Positions 26,945 to 36,510 of a stretch of DNA of 64,000 nucleotides are shown here, one piece after another. Each line of letters begins with the position of its first letter. Position 1 is the stretch's first letter. A program made the translations under genes and the position numbers. Origin of the DNA: a virus; the IMG/VR virus record IMGVR_UViG_3300019752_000005, positions 1-64,000 of that record. One strand, given 5' to 3'. Below the pieces are notes generated by a model that searched no databases, was not told the origin of the DNA, and saw nothing but the letters and a program-made list of their open reading frames with translations.

Positions 26945-28420
26945 CTAACCAATAATATTTTGTTCTTGCATTAATTTGATACGTCTACCCACTGTTTGGG
27001 GTGATGCTCCAATTTCTTCTGCAATTTGTTTATTATTTAAACCCATTTGTTTAAGTTCTAATATCCGTTCATTAGAGTATTTACCTCTACCACGCTCAAT
27101 ACGTACAGCAGGAGTTTGATCAATATTCGCCATAAAACCAATACCACGGCTTGGCTCAGGCGAAGGTTTATTAGAGATTCTTTCTATATTACCACAAAAT
27201 TGTGCTTTTGCAGGTGCGTTAGATTTCCCATGTTGAGCTACAACTGTTTTACCTGATAATGTTTTCGTGTTTCGTGTCCTTGAAAACCATGATCTAACTT
27301 TACTTACTGTATCGTCCAGCACAGTATTTTCATTAATTTTCTTTTTCCGACTAGTATCAGCTTTGCTCAATTGAAGTACCATATTTCCACCCATAGAATG
27401 AATAACGATAAATAGCACAGAAACAAATACAAGCAAAGCTTGCGATGTTCTTAACTCATTGATATGTATACCTACCATACCAGTGAATATATTAATGAAG
27501 TCATTAAATACTTCATATTTTGTTTTATTGTTATTATTGCTTTCACCATAACCCACAGATTCGCCACTAACAACAGCATTTTTTTGCGCCTTATTCACCT
27601 CTTTTTTCAATTCTTGGTGTTTAGTATTTAACGTTAATAAATACGATTTACTCGAAATATCCTTGTTAATAGATATAACATCAGGGTTTTTTGAGTTAAC
27701 TGGGTTTAGGGATTCCATTTCAGACCAAGCTTGTTGTAGTTCAGCCTGATACCTTTTAGCAACACCACGAAAATCTTTATTTATTATTGAAGACCCATCC
27801 TTAGATAATATTTCCGAAACCAGTTTACTGGAAAACTCGCCAGCACTATTATTGGCTTTTTTATTTAAAATAGAATTATACACAATAATAGCCTCCTGAT
27901 GTTTTTTTGTTTGCTCACTTAATAATGACTTTCTTTTCAACTCAAGTTCTGATATTGATTGACTAGCTTGAGCAATATCTATTAATTTCGATTTATTTAA
28001 AGTTTCAAAATCCTTTAAGTCACTCCTAGCCTGTTCTAAATCTATTCTAGCCAGCTTAGCTTCTACCGAGTTGGCTGCCGCTTCTTTATTTGATGTATGG
28101 TAAACATCTCCAAAATAAATAAACATACCCATAACTGATAAAGCAAAGAAGGAAAAGTAGATAAATTTATATATACTAGCAAAAAAGTATTCACCATCTT
28201 CATCAGCCTTAAATGCAGCTTCAAATAGGTACGGTCTATAAACCACCATATATAAAGCCATACCAATAAAAATTGCCTGAGCGGCAAATTCATTTGATGA
28301 TAGTTTAGACCAAGCTTGTATTTCAATCCACCCTAAACCAAGACCTAATATAAAGTTACCTATGCTAACTTTATTTAATTTTTTATCCTTTTTTCTTTCT
28401 TTTAAAGACTTCTTTCTCAC
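26945..28420 (-). CDS. polytopic membrane protein with long coiled coil and C-terminal HTH
   Basis: three N-terminal TM segments, K/E/Q-rich coiled coil, one further TM, and C-terminal ILELKQMGLNNKQIAEEIGASPQTVGRRIK helix-turn-helix. Confidence 0.7.
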   Translation of the reverse strand: MRKKSLKERKKDKKLNKVSIGNFILGLGLGWIEIQAWSKLSSNEFAAQAIFIGMALYMVVYRPYLFEAAFKADEDGEYFFASIYKFIYFSFFALSVMGMFIYFGDVYHTSNKEAAANSVEAKLARIDLEQARSDLKDFETLNKSKLIDIAQASQSISELELKRKSLLSEQTKKHQEAIIVYNSILNKKANNSAGEFSSKLVSEILSKDGSSIINKDFRGVAKRYQAELQQAWSEMESLNPVNSKNPDVISINKDISSKSYLLTLNTKHQELKKEVNKAQKNAVVSGESVGYGESNNNNKTKYEVFNDFINIFTGMVGIHINELRTSQALLVFVSVLFIVIHSMGGNMVLQLSKADTSRKKKINENTVLDDTVSKVRSWFSRTRNTKTLSGKTVVAQHGKSNAPAKAQFCGNIERISNKPSPEPSRGIGFMANIDQTPAVRIERGRGKYSNERILELKQMGLNNKQIAEEIGASPQTVGRRIKLMQEQNIIG

Positions 28421-28431
28421 TACATAATCCC

Positions 28432-29700
28432 CTAATAATTAATTGTTGATTCTAACTTAAGCCACTCGTCGGCTATACTATCATTATAAAATTGAACATG
28501 AATATGCCCACCTGTTGCCTTACTACTTGGGAACCTGTATTCATCCAACACAGTAACACATTTACCCTTACGCTTTGTTTCACAGAAACCTTTAAAATAA
28601 TTCTTTATCATATCCGTAACCTCTTTGCTTTTATGTTTGTTAGTGATAATAAGATCAATAGCTAATCCTTTACGATGCTTGCTATTATTATTGTATTTCC
28701 AATGGTGACCGTCATTAAACGCACTAAACCATTTCAACTTATCACCTAAATCCTTTTGTATTTTGTGAGCTAAATGAGTGATAGCTAGATGATGTTTCCC
28801 ACCTTCGTATGCTTCAGGACTATTAATTTTTAATCCTTTTAATGTTTTATTGAAGTTATGGTTTAACCAGTTGTTAGTAATAGTTTTAACATAATTAATT
28901 GTTTCAGGGTATTTTGTTAGTGCCCCTCTTTTCACACCTTGTAATCCTGCATTATACGAACCTAACGCATGTCTAACCGCTTTAACGTGATCCGATGGAA
29001 ACTCTTTATCCCAAATAACCAATAAGTGCTTGAATATAGTTGCTCCACAAGTCAAGCTGGTATCAACATCAAATAGCTTATTGGCATCATCAATACCACA
29101 ACCACCATTAGCTACTGAGTCTTTAGCTGTAGATGGTAGTACCTGAGTTAACCCTCTTGCACCAGCTTTACTAATAGCTCTTGGGGAAAAGATACTTTCT
29201 TTATGGATTAGGTAATGAAACAATATTGGGTCAATACCATACTGTCTAGCCACTAACTCAGCTTTTAATTTATTCTTCTTTAGATTTAATTCAAAATATT
29301 CTGGTAAACCAGCATAATTATAGATTGCATTGTTTAACGCTCTCCCCTTTTGATCACCTTGATATAATCTACCTTTTGCTGAATCCTTTACAACCAAGGC
29401 AGCATCAATCACATCTGGTGTTAAGTGTGGGTGCTCGTTCTTAATCTTATTCATTTTATCCTCAATTAAAGCAATCTGTTTTTTTAAATTGGATAAATCG
29501 CTATCAATCACTTTAACTTTCCATTCTTTATTCTCAACCTTTATCTTATGTGGTATATCTTCACCCGCAAGATATACAGCTAAAACTAGGATGCATGGCA
29601 TCCCAACACTAAATATTCCACCATAAATACTTTTTGATTTCAGAAATGTATAGGATGCCCATGCTACAAACAAAATCCCTAATACAATTTTTAACCACAT
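28432..29700 (-). CDS. membrane-anchored lytic transglycosylase (SLT) fused to an M15-like Zn peptidase domain
   Basis: two N-terminal TMs; LIHKES..SKAGARGLTQV, SYNAG, ET.NYV (SLT); SKH..G.AID...GGHIHV (HxxxxxxD/HxH peptidase signature). Confidence 0.82.
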   Translation of the reverse strand: MWLKIVLGILFVAWASYTFLKSKSIYGGIFSVGMPCILVLAVYLAGEDIPHKIKVENKEWKVKVIDSDLSNLKKQIALIEDKMNKIKNEHPHLTPDVIDAALVVKDSAKGRLYQGDQKGRALNNAIYNYAGLPEYFELNLKKNKLKAELVARQYGIDPILFHYLIHKESIFSPRAISKAGARGLTQVLPSTAKDSVANGGCGIDDANKLFDVDTSLTCGATIFKHLLVIWDKEFPSDHVKAVRHALGSYNAGLQGVKRGALTKYPETINYVKTITNNWLNHNFNKTLKGLKINSPEAYEGGKHHLAITHLAHKIQKDLGDKLKWFSAFNDGHHWKYNNNSKHRKGLAIDLIITNKHKSKEVTDMIKNYFKGFCETKRKGKCVTVLDEYRFPSSKATGGHIHVQFYNDSIADEWLKLESTINY

Positions 29701-30083
29701 TTCACAGCCTTTATTTGTTCTGATAGTTTATTTAAGTACTTTACTGTAGCCCTCTCATCATTAGCACCTAAATCATTCTCCTTAACTCTATTAATATTAT
29801 CTTCAACACCCATATATAAACCAGTGAGAAATTCAGAAAAAAGAGTTTTAAAGTTTTTATTTCCACTTAAGGAACTATGATAACCAGCTAGCCCTTTTAC
29901 ATATTTTATTGGGTTACCATCATCACTATATCCGCTTTGTGTTATAGCACTTCTCCGTACATCAAAAGCTACAATAGAACCCCTTAGCATTGCTCCAATT
30001 TCATCATAACAATCGACATTATTATCAGCAGATAAATTTAATGGAGCTAAAAGTACCACCACAAATAAAACCATCTTATTCAC
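29691..30083 (-). CDS. secreted protein
   Basis: Sec signal peptide MNKMVLFVVVLLAPLNLSA. Confidence 0.6.
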   Translation of the reverse strand: MNKMVLFVVVLLAPLNLSADNNVDCYDEIGAMLRGSIVAFDVRRSAITQSGYSDDGNPIKYVKGLAGYHSSLSGNKNFKTLFSEFLTGLYMGVEDNINRVKENDLGANDERATVKYLNKLSEQIKAVKCG

Positions 30084-30409
30084 ATTATCATCCTTCTAAC
30101 TAATTCCAAAATTCCAATATTTTCACCAGCAATTAACATCATAACTACCATCTTTAATATATCAGCCACAGTTGTCACGATTAGCATCAGTAGTATAACA
30201 TTTAGCCAATGTAGTACCACATCAACTATGGAAAGGAATTTTCCATATCTTGTGGAATTATTAAACCCGCTTTTAGCTTTGTTGGAATAATTCCTTATAT
30301 CATTTATAAATATTTTGGAATCACGTTTCCATCTATCATAAAACAACCTAAACCATGATCTATCTTTAACTGGTACCTGCTGGTTCTTATTTGTCTTTTT
30401 CTTTGACAT
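30080..30409 (-). CDS. membrane protein (holin-like topology possible)
   Basis: basic N-terminus, hydrophobic C-terminal helices; first gene of the coupled operon. Confidence 0.5.
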   Translation of the reverse strand: MSKKKTNKNQQVPVKDRSWFRLFYDRWKRDSKIFINDIRNYSNKAKSGFNNSTRYGKFLSIVDVVLHWLNVILLMLIVTTVADILKMVVMMLIAGENIGILELVRRMIM

Positions 30410-31063
30410 TAAATAAACCTAAATGTTATATTGGAAGCAACCAACACTTGAAAGTTGATTCCAATATTGTTAACAGATCATTGCATGGAATTATACCAAC
30501 TTTTCAATTCCAAAGTCAATATTTTTATGGAATTAAATTCCATAACTTTTACTTATGGTTTTGTAGCGGAATCGTTATACATGGAATCGCTTATATAACA
30601 ATGAGTTGTATTATAGAATTCCATTTAATATGGAATATTCCACTATATTTTATATTTTAGAAGGAATTCCATAATGCCGATTCCATTGGAAGTATTCAAT
30701 AATGCGCGTGATATAGTGCATGAACAGTTTAGTAACTTTGATCATAGTTGCGTTTTAAAATTCCATCAAGATAGCACATTTAATATCGAAACAGGAAAGG
30801 AGGAAGCGATAGGTGTGCAGTCTTATGAATTTAAAGCTAAGAGGTTTAACTACACCAAGAAGGAGATGAATGACTTTAATTTTTCTGTATCAGATTTTAA
30901 GTTAAATGTTAATTTTGATTCCATTCCACTGGAACTACAGAACGTAATCAAAGATAAGAATGATTCCAACAAAATAATCCAGGTTGGAACTGTGGTTGTT
31001 GATGATGATTTGGTTATGCAGGTTGAAGATATAGTTGTGTTACCAAAATACATAAACATGGAA
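30103..31063. repeat. dense field of TGGAA/TTCCA (mostly TGGAAT/ATTCCA) motifs in both orientations
   Basis: 28 copies counted by eye in ~960 bp, densest in the 30430-30690 intergenic region. Confidence 0.85.
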
Positions 31064-31084
31064 ATATTTCTTAGGCAGCAATAA
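30674..31084 (+). CDS. putative head-closure / head-tail joining protein
   Basis: 136 aa; F.IETG motif and D.KL pattern typical of siphophage head-closure proteins; AAGGA RBS. Confidence 0.45.
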   Translation: MPIPLEVFNNARDIVHEQFSNFDHSCVLKFHQDSTFNIETGKEEAIGVQSYEFKAKRFNYTKKEMNDFNFSVSDFKLNVNFDSIPLELQNVIKDKNDSNKIIQVGTVVVDDDLVMQVEDIVVLPKYINMEIFLRQQ

Positions 31085-31095
31085 ATTTTAGGTAT

Positions 31096-31123
31096 AAAAA
31101 AACCTCAATTAAGAGGTTTTTTT
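31096..31123. terminator. bidirectional terminator
   Basis: A-run-AACCTC-AATTAA-GAGGTT-T-run between convergent genes. Confidence 0.8.
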
Positions 31124-31144
31124 GCAGTCTAACTAATTAAGCTT

Positions 31145-31465
31145 TTAATAAATCCAGCCATCATCAGTTGGTTGATAATGACCGCGCATTTTGTAGATGT
31201 CAATAAATTCATCTACCAAACAAACCAACTCAGGATCACAATCATGCATTATTTTAACTTCTGGTAAAGGCATGTATTCCACATCAAGCTTGCTTAACTT
31301 AACATCACAATCAAGTAAATCAACTTGCTTTTTACCATCCAAAATATCATAAGGATTAATGTCACCGCTAATATGCTTTAAACTTAAACCACTAAAGTCT
31401 GGTTTGTAATTCCAATCAGTTTTGCGTTGTTCTGCTAATACTTCGTTTGTTGCAAATGTTGGCAT
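31145..31465 (-). CDS. hypothetical protein
   Basis: ORF with AAGGA RBS. Confidence 0.5.
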   Translation of the reverse strand: MPTFATNEVLAEQRKTDWNYKPDFSGLSLKHISGDINPYDILDGKKQVDLLDCDVKLSKLDVEYMPLPEVKIMHDCDPELVCLVDEFIDIYKMRGHYQPTDDGWIY

Positions 31466-31492
31466 GGTATATTCCTTAATATAGGTTTAGGG

Positions 31493-32476
31493 TTATTTCA
31501 TGATTTGTTTTTTGTAAGATTCAAAGTCAACGTCTTTGTATCCAACTCTGAAATATCGAGGGTAGTTTTCACTTTCAATAGCACTTTGTAATTTTTTACG
31601 TGTGTGATGCGTGTCATCTTTTGATGCAGCGTCGCTTAATGTTTTAAAAACTCCGTTAGGTGTTACAAGCAAATAACTGATATCAGGGATAGGTTGATAC
31701 TTATCTGGGTTAACAATAAAATCTTGTAATAAATACTTGTCAAGCAGTTTACGATAACCTTTCTGTTTTCCATTAACACTATACCATTTAGACCATAATG
31801 ATGAAGTGACATTCTTTTCTAAATAATCACTTGAAATATCAACACCAACTTTCTTTGGTTGATCTGTTGATGTAAAAATACCATGTGGTGTGACGTACAA
31901 GATATCATCTTTAGTGTAGATACCGCAAAGCTCAAAACTTAAGCGATCAATATCACTAACAATGCTTAGACTGGAAACCATTTCCTTAACTTTTGCTTGA
32001 TGAAGGTCTTCAATCGTTTTGAATTTGTTGCCTTTATCATCTAAAACATAGGTCTGATTAGTTTGTTTATTAGATAGCTTTGAGCGTGTTAGTGTGATTG
32101 GAAGACTGATAGTGTAACTTTCGTTATCACTTTTCTGGCTTGCTAGGTAATCATTAATTAATTCTAACACTTTCTTAGGGATTGTTGTTAATTCTTTCTT
32201 GCATTGATTCTTGAGTGATATGTAAGATTTTAACATCTCCTTATCTGTGATAACTAATTGAACCGATGTAGCTTTAGATGTTTTTTTGTATGATGGATTT
32301 AAAGGTAGTTTTTTAACTGAATTTAAATCAGGTTTCCTGTTTTTCACCTGTGATGATAAAATCAATTCCATTACACCTTTACCAAATGATATGTTTTCTT
32401 CAGCACATAAATCAGCAAATAATTTAGTTGAGTTTGATTTAGTATCGAATGCTATGTTTGTTTTAACTGGTTTCAT
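31493..32476 (-). CDS. putative DNA-binding protein with two RHH-like N-terminal units and repeated (Y/L)VTPxG(I/V)F units
   Basis: strand-helix-helix patterns (FADLCAEENISFGKGVMELI; LKNQCKKELTTIPKKVLELI); NUMOD-like TPNGVFKTLSDAA. Confidence 0.45.
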   Translation of the reverse strand: MKPVKTNIAFDTKSNSTKLFADLCAEENISFGKGVMELILSSQVKNRKPDLNSVKKLPLNPSYKKTSKATSVQLVITDKEMLKSYISLKNQCKKELTTIPKKVLELINDYLASQKSDNESYTISLPITLTRSKLSNKQTNQTYVLDDKGNKFKTIEDLHQAKVKEMVSSLSIVSDIDRLSFELCGIYTKDDILYVTPHGIFTSTDQPKKVGVDISSDYLEKNVTSSLWSKWYSVNGKQKGYRKLLDKYLLQDFIVNPDKYQPIPDISYLLVTPNGVFKTLSDAASKDDTHHTRKKLQSAIESENYPRYFRVGYKDVDFESYKKQIMK

Positions 32477-32544
32477 ATTTAAATCCTAATATATTGTGTT
32501 GTTTGTTATGTGTTAAGTATGTTATCAAACAGTGTTGTAAGTTG

Positions 32545-32943
32545 TCAATCACTTTTTTGATATTTTTTTGCTAAAATAAATTTAGCCTTTTCAATTTCCC
32601 TCTCCACCACTGGCTCACAGATAGATAAATCTAGGTTATACTTATTTTTTATATATAGTATAGATGTTAAGTACTCCTTTCTTAGTTTCCAACCAACGAT
32701 GGCTGCACGTACTGTGTTCAAGTTAATTTCACTCAAGTTTGCTTTAAAATAAGCTACAACCTGACTACCAATATTATCTGATAATGGCATATTACGTCTA
32801 AACACCGTAAATTCCTTTTTTAAGTGGTTTATTAACTTGCGCCTAGCTTCTTTTTTCTTTCGTTGATTGTAGGTTTTCTTATTTGGGTTTGTAACCCTAA
32901 TACTATTAAATGTTTTAGTTTTCTTTTTCTTGTATTTAGTCAT
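32545..32943 (-). CDS. ProQ/FinO-domain RNA-binding protein
   Basis: F...MPLS.NI...VRAAI..W..R.EYL..I.....YNLD......V...E...A follows the FinO/ProQ pattern. Confidence 0.6.
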   Translation of the reverse strand: MTKYKKKKTKTFNSIRVTNPNKKTYNQRKKKEARRKLINHLKKEFTVFRRNMPLSDNIGSQVVAYFKANLSEINLNTVRAAIVGWKLRKEYLTSILYIKNKYNLDLSICEPVVEREIEKAKFILAKKYQKSD

Positions 32944-32958
32944 TTTAGTGTTGCTTCC

Positions 32959-33918
32959 TTAGTTTGGGCAATAGGACACTATTCCACTTGGAATGTGTTT
33001 AATATTTACAGCGATATCATTGCAGTAACGTTTATTGTTCGTGTAGTCAATTAATATGTCATTTTTTATCCTGTGTTGCGTATAACTTATCATTTCAGGT
33101 AAGTCTTTTTCATCTTGTAGGATATCAGATAAATGCTCTGGGTATAATAAAACAAGCTGGTGTTCACATAGAATATAAATATGCCTCAACAATTCTTTGT
33201 CAGTGACCTGCATTAATTCATCCTTGGTTAACCAAATCTCGTTTTCATGCAGCACCCCTAAAACCTCTTTTACACGTTGGCTAGGTTTTTTACTTCCTAA
33301 TACATCACGTTTAAATTCATCTTTATCAACAATGAAGTCACGCATCAAGCATTGCTCATAGAGTCTATTTATCTTTTCCTTTTTATTAATATTGCCTTTT
33401 TTGTAGTAGTGGCATTTTTTCCACTCCCTATCCTGCTGTTGATATTCGTCACAACCATAATTAACACATGTAACACATTGAACGTTACCCATTTGATCTG
33501 ATGTTAATGTGAATATGTCGATATTATCAGGTGTGGGTATTCTCTCCTTAACCACATTATCAGAAACTGGTTTAAAGCCTATATTCATTTTTTCAATAAA
33601 AATACTAAGCTCCTGCCATCTTCTAATAAGATTAACATCAGAACCTAATGAAGAATATCCGCTTTTATTCCTGTATATTGCTACATATTGCTGTAAAAAT
33701 TGTTTGTTATTTGTGTGGAAAGTAACATCTCCTAAATCACCACCATCAACAAGCTGTTCCAGTATCCCTATAACTATTCTAATCACATGTGGTGGGCTTT
33801 TTTCTACAGTGTATTTTTTAATATCACCCCCATCTAACGAGCTGTAACCTATGTTATCATCAATCTTGATGTAAAAGTTTTTCATTTTAACCTGCGCCTT
33901 TATTAAGATCTTCTTCAC
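32959..33918 (-). CDS. hypothetical protein; N-terminal half resembles a degenerate RNase H fold
   Basis: LEQL..VTFHTNN..F...RWQEL....I.F.PV; canonical catalytic acidic residues not evident. Confidence 0.35.
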   Translation of the reverse strand: MKKILIKAQVKMKNFYIKIDDNIGYSSLDGGDIKKYTVEKSPPHVIRIVIGILEQLVDGGDLGDVTFHTNNKQFLQQYVAIYRNKSGYSSLGSDVNLIRRWQELSIFIEKMNIGFKPVSDNVVKERIPTPDNIDIFTLTSDQMGNVQCVTCVNYGCDEYQQQDREWKKCHYYKKGNINKKEKINRLYEQCLMRDFIVDKDEFKRDVLGSKKPSQRVKEVLGVLHENEIWLTKDELMQVTDKELLRHIYILCEHQLVLLYPEHLSDILQDEKDLPEMISYTQHRIKNDILIDYTNNKRYCNDIAVNIKHIPSGIVSYCPN

Positions 33919-35758
33919 TAATAAACCTAACTAGCTTAGCGTATTGCATCTTACCGCCTTTCTTTTTTCCCGCTAATGTTTCATCAACAATAATATATTC
34001 TGGCATATTGATTTTACCAACATTATTTACTATAGCTTCATGAACCAAGGAATCATTTGCGAAATTATTGGAATACTGAGCTACAGCAATAAAATCTGAT
34101 TCTGACATTTTACCTTTGAGTTCTTTAATATTCTTATCTCTGCTCCAAGGTCTTTTCTCATTATAGGAGAAATCAAGGAACATTCTTATGTGTTGCCCCT
34201 TACCCGTGCCAAATATATAATCCATAACTAAATGGTACTCGCCCCCCCACTTAACCATTCTAGTGTCTATTCGCAACATTTTATATGTATTGATAATAGG
34301 CTCTTCCTCAAAAGATAACAAGCTTGCTTTAGAAGCAACCACCCCATTTTTAGGTTTTTCTTCTATTAATAGCATATGGCAATCTGGACAATAAACTGTT
34401 TGAATCTTTAGTGGTTTTTCTCTATGCTCGTCGCACCCCTTGATAAACTTGCCTTTTTCATCAGTTTTTCTGCAATACTTAACAGGTTGTTCACCACCAC
34501 CTACACCAGCTTTAGATGTCGGCAGATTAGGATCATCAAAGTAACCATGTGTTTCAATGTTTTTTGCAAAATCCAATACCAAACAATTCAGCTTACCTTC
34601 ACAGGTTCTAGTGCCTCTACCTAAGATTTGAATATACAAGCTCAGACTAGCTGTAGGGCGGAGTAAAATAATAGCGTCAATTTCATTAACATTGAACCCA
34701 GTTGTGAGCATATCCATGTTAACAATAAATCGTGCATCGCCATACTTGAAATTACCAATGTTTCTTGCGTTAACTTTGTCAGTGTTTAGTTCCAGCGTAC
34801 TACTTACGTCATAACCTTTATCATCTAACTTTTCAAAAGCCTTTTTTGCACTCGAAGGTGATAACGCGCACCCACCAGAGAATCCTTTATCATTTAAATA
34901 CTTTGTTGCTAAAATAGCACTCTCTGATGATGGGCAAAATATCATCCATTTTTTTCTATCCCCCAAATGCTCAACAGCCTCATCAAGAGCTTTATATAAA
35001 TAATCTTCGACATGATTATCAGCAAGTGTTGCTAATGATTTGGCTTGAAAATCGTTATCTTTATTTAATTTTAAGCCAGATGTATCTAGGCTCATTGATG
35101 TATCAAGTTGTGATGGTGTTATAAGTGGGGACAAGAAACCTTGTTCCAGTAGAAGCTTAACAGGAATATCAAATAATTGATCGGTGAATAATCTATTATC
35201 ACCTTCTATCAATAATCCACCATCTAATCTATATGGTGTTGCGGTGAAGCCAGTTACCGACATTTTAGGGTTTTTTTTCAAAAGAAAGTCGATATATTCC
35301 CTGTAGATAGCCGTATCCTTAAACGGGATCATGTGAGCTTCATCAACCAACACAATATCAACTCTACCAATATCACGAAACGTCTTGTGATTTGGGTGAA
35401 GTGACTGAATCATTGCAAATGTGACTTGATGGTGCCTATCTTTTCTTTTTAGTTTTGCTGCATAAACTCCACATGGAAAACCTAAATGTGTTTCAGCTTC
35501 TTCATGATTCTGTTCAACTAGTGTTTGATTATGAGTTAGGATTAATATTTTTGTTTGTGTACCATCACTTGTTCTAGGGAATCTCCTAATTATCTCGTCA
35601 GCAAGATCAGCAATCATTAAAGATTTACCGCTACCTGTGGGGGATACGATTATGCCGTGTCTATTATATAATTCTTCTTTATGTCGATTAAGTATGAATT
35701 TAATAGCAGCATATACAGCCTTTTTTTGGAATTCGTAAGGTGTTTTTCTCGTTGACAT
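33887..35758 (-). CDS. SF2 DEAH helicase (RadD/YejH-like) with C-terminal Zn finger
   Basis: SPTGSGKS, DEAH, TATPYR, LTTGFN, RPT.S..LYIQILGRGTR, CPDC. Confidence 0.92.
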   Translation of the reverse strand: MSTRKTPYEFQKKAVYAAIKFILNRHKEELYNRHGIIVSPTGSGKSLMIADLADEIIRRFPRTSDGTQTKILILTHNQTLVEQNHEEAETHLGFPCGVYAAKLKRKDRHHQVTFAMIQSLHPNHKTFRDIGRVDIVLVDEAHMIPFKDTAIYREYIDFLLKKNPKMSVTGFTATPYRLDGGLLIEGDNRLFTDQLFDIPVKLLLEQGFLSPLITPSQLDTSMSLDTSGLKLNKDNDFQAKSLATLADNHVEDYLYKALDEAVEHLGDRKKWMIFCPSSESAILATKYLNDKGFSGGCALSPSSAKKAFEKLDDKGYDVSSTLELNTDKVNARNIGNFKYGDARFIVNMDMLTTGFNVNEIDAIILLRPTASLSLYIQILGRGTRTCEGKLNCLVLDFAKNIETHGYFDDPNLPTSKAGVGGGEQPVKYCRKTDEKGKFIKGCDEHREKPLKIQTVYCPDCHMLLIEEKPKNGVVASKASLLSFEEEPIINTYKMLRIDTRMVKWGGEYHLVMDYIFGTGKGQHIRMFLDFSYNEKRPWSRDKNIKELKGKMSESDFIAVAQYSNNFANDSLVHEAIVNNVGKINMPEYIIVDETLAGKKKGGKMQYAKLVRFISEEDLNKGAG

Positions 35759-35982
35759 TACCTTTCTCTGTTTTATGGTGGACTAGGATATAACCCACCT
35801 ATAATAAATCAATTTATTGTGATTTAATACCAGCTAATACAGCACCAGCAAAAGTTACAGTTAACGCTACAAAATAAGAAACCACCGCACTACTAGCCAT
35901 GATTCCATCGCCGATAAAAATACCTATTGTTAAAAACAAGCTGGATATTAATAGTAGGAATAAACCAGATAACATAAACATA

Positions 35983-36432
35983 TCACTGCACCCCTGTAGA
36001 ACCAAAGCCATTATCACCGCGCGATGTTTTAGCTTTAAACTCACTTACTTCAATCATTTTAACATTAACCACTGGAACAAACACCATTTGACATATACGT
36101 TGCCCAACGTCCACTGCATAATCTTTATTACTACGATTCCATAATGCAACCTTCACCTCACCCTGATAATCAGAATCAATTAACCCAACTAAGTTACCTA
36201 AAACAATTCCGTCATTAACACCTAAGCCAGAACGTGGAATCAATACTGCTGCAATTTGATTGTTATCAATATTGATAGCTAATCCACTACCAATTAACAC
36301 TGTTTCACCAGCTTTGATAACCACTGGTTGATCAATATTTGCTCTAATATCCAACCCAGCACTACCTATGGTAGCCTGTTCTGGTAATTCATTTTCATTT
36401 CCGTTTAATCGTTTAACTTCAATTAAATTCAT
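35983..36432 (-). CDS. dut: dUTPase (trimeric)
   Basis: AGLD, PRSGLG, GLIDSDYQG, RICQ, RG..GFGSTG. Confidence 0.95.
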   Translation of the reverse strand: MNLIEVKRLNGNENELPEQATIGSAGLDIRANIDQPVVIKAGETVLIGSGLAINIDNNQIAAVLIPRSGLGVNDGIVLGNLVGLIDSDYQGEVKVALWNRSNKDYAVDVGQRICQMVFVPVVNVKMIEVSEFKAKTSRGDNGFGSTGVQ

Positions 36433-36510
36433 ATTTTATTTCCTTCTAAATAACCAATAAAAAGCCGCCACAATGGACGGCTATAAAACATCAATATAGA
36501 CTAACTAAAC

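Noticed and set aside
30391-30660. 89-aa ORF on the + strand
   Set aside because: Overlaps the TGGAA-rich divergent promoter region, has a weak start and atypical composition; likely spurious
30103-31063. TGGAA field as a degenerate CRISPR array
   Set aside because: Units are 5-6 nt, in both orientations and irregularly spaced
33887-35758. SF2 helicase as the missing Cas3'
   Set aside because: Motifs and C-terminal Zn finger fit RadD/YejH-like phage helicases, and it sits in the replication operon 22 kb away
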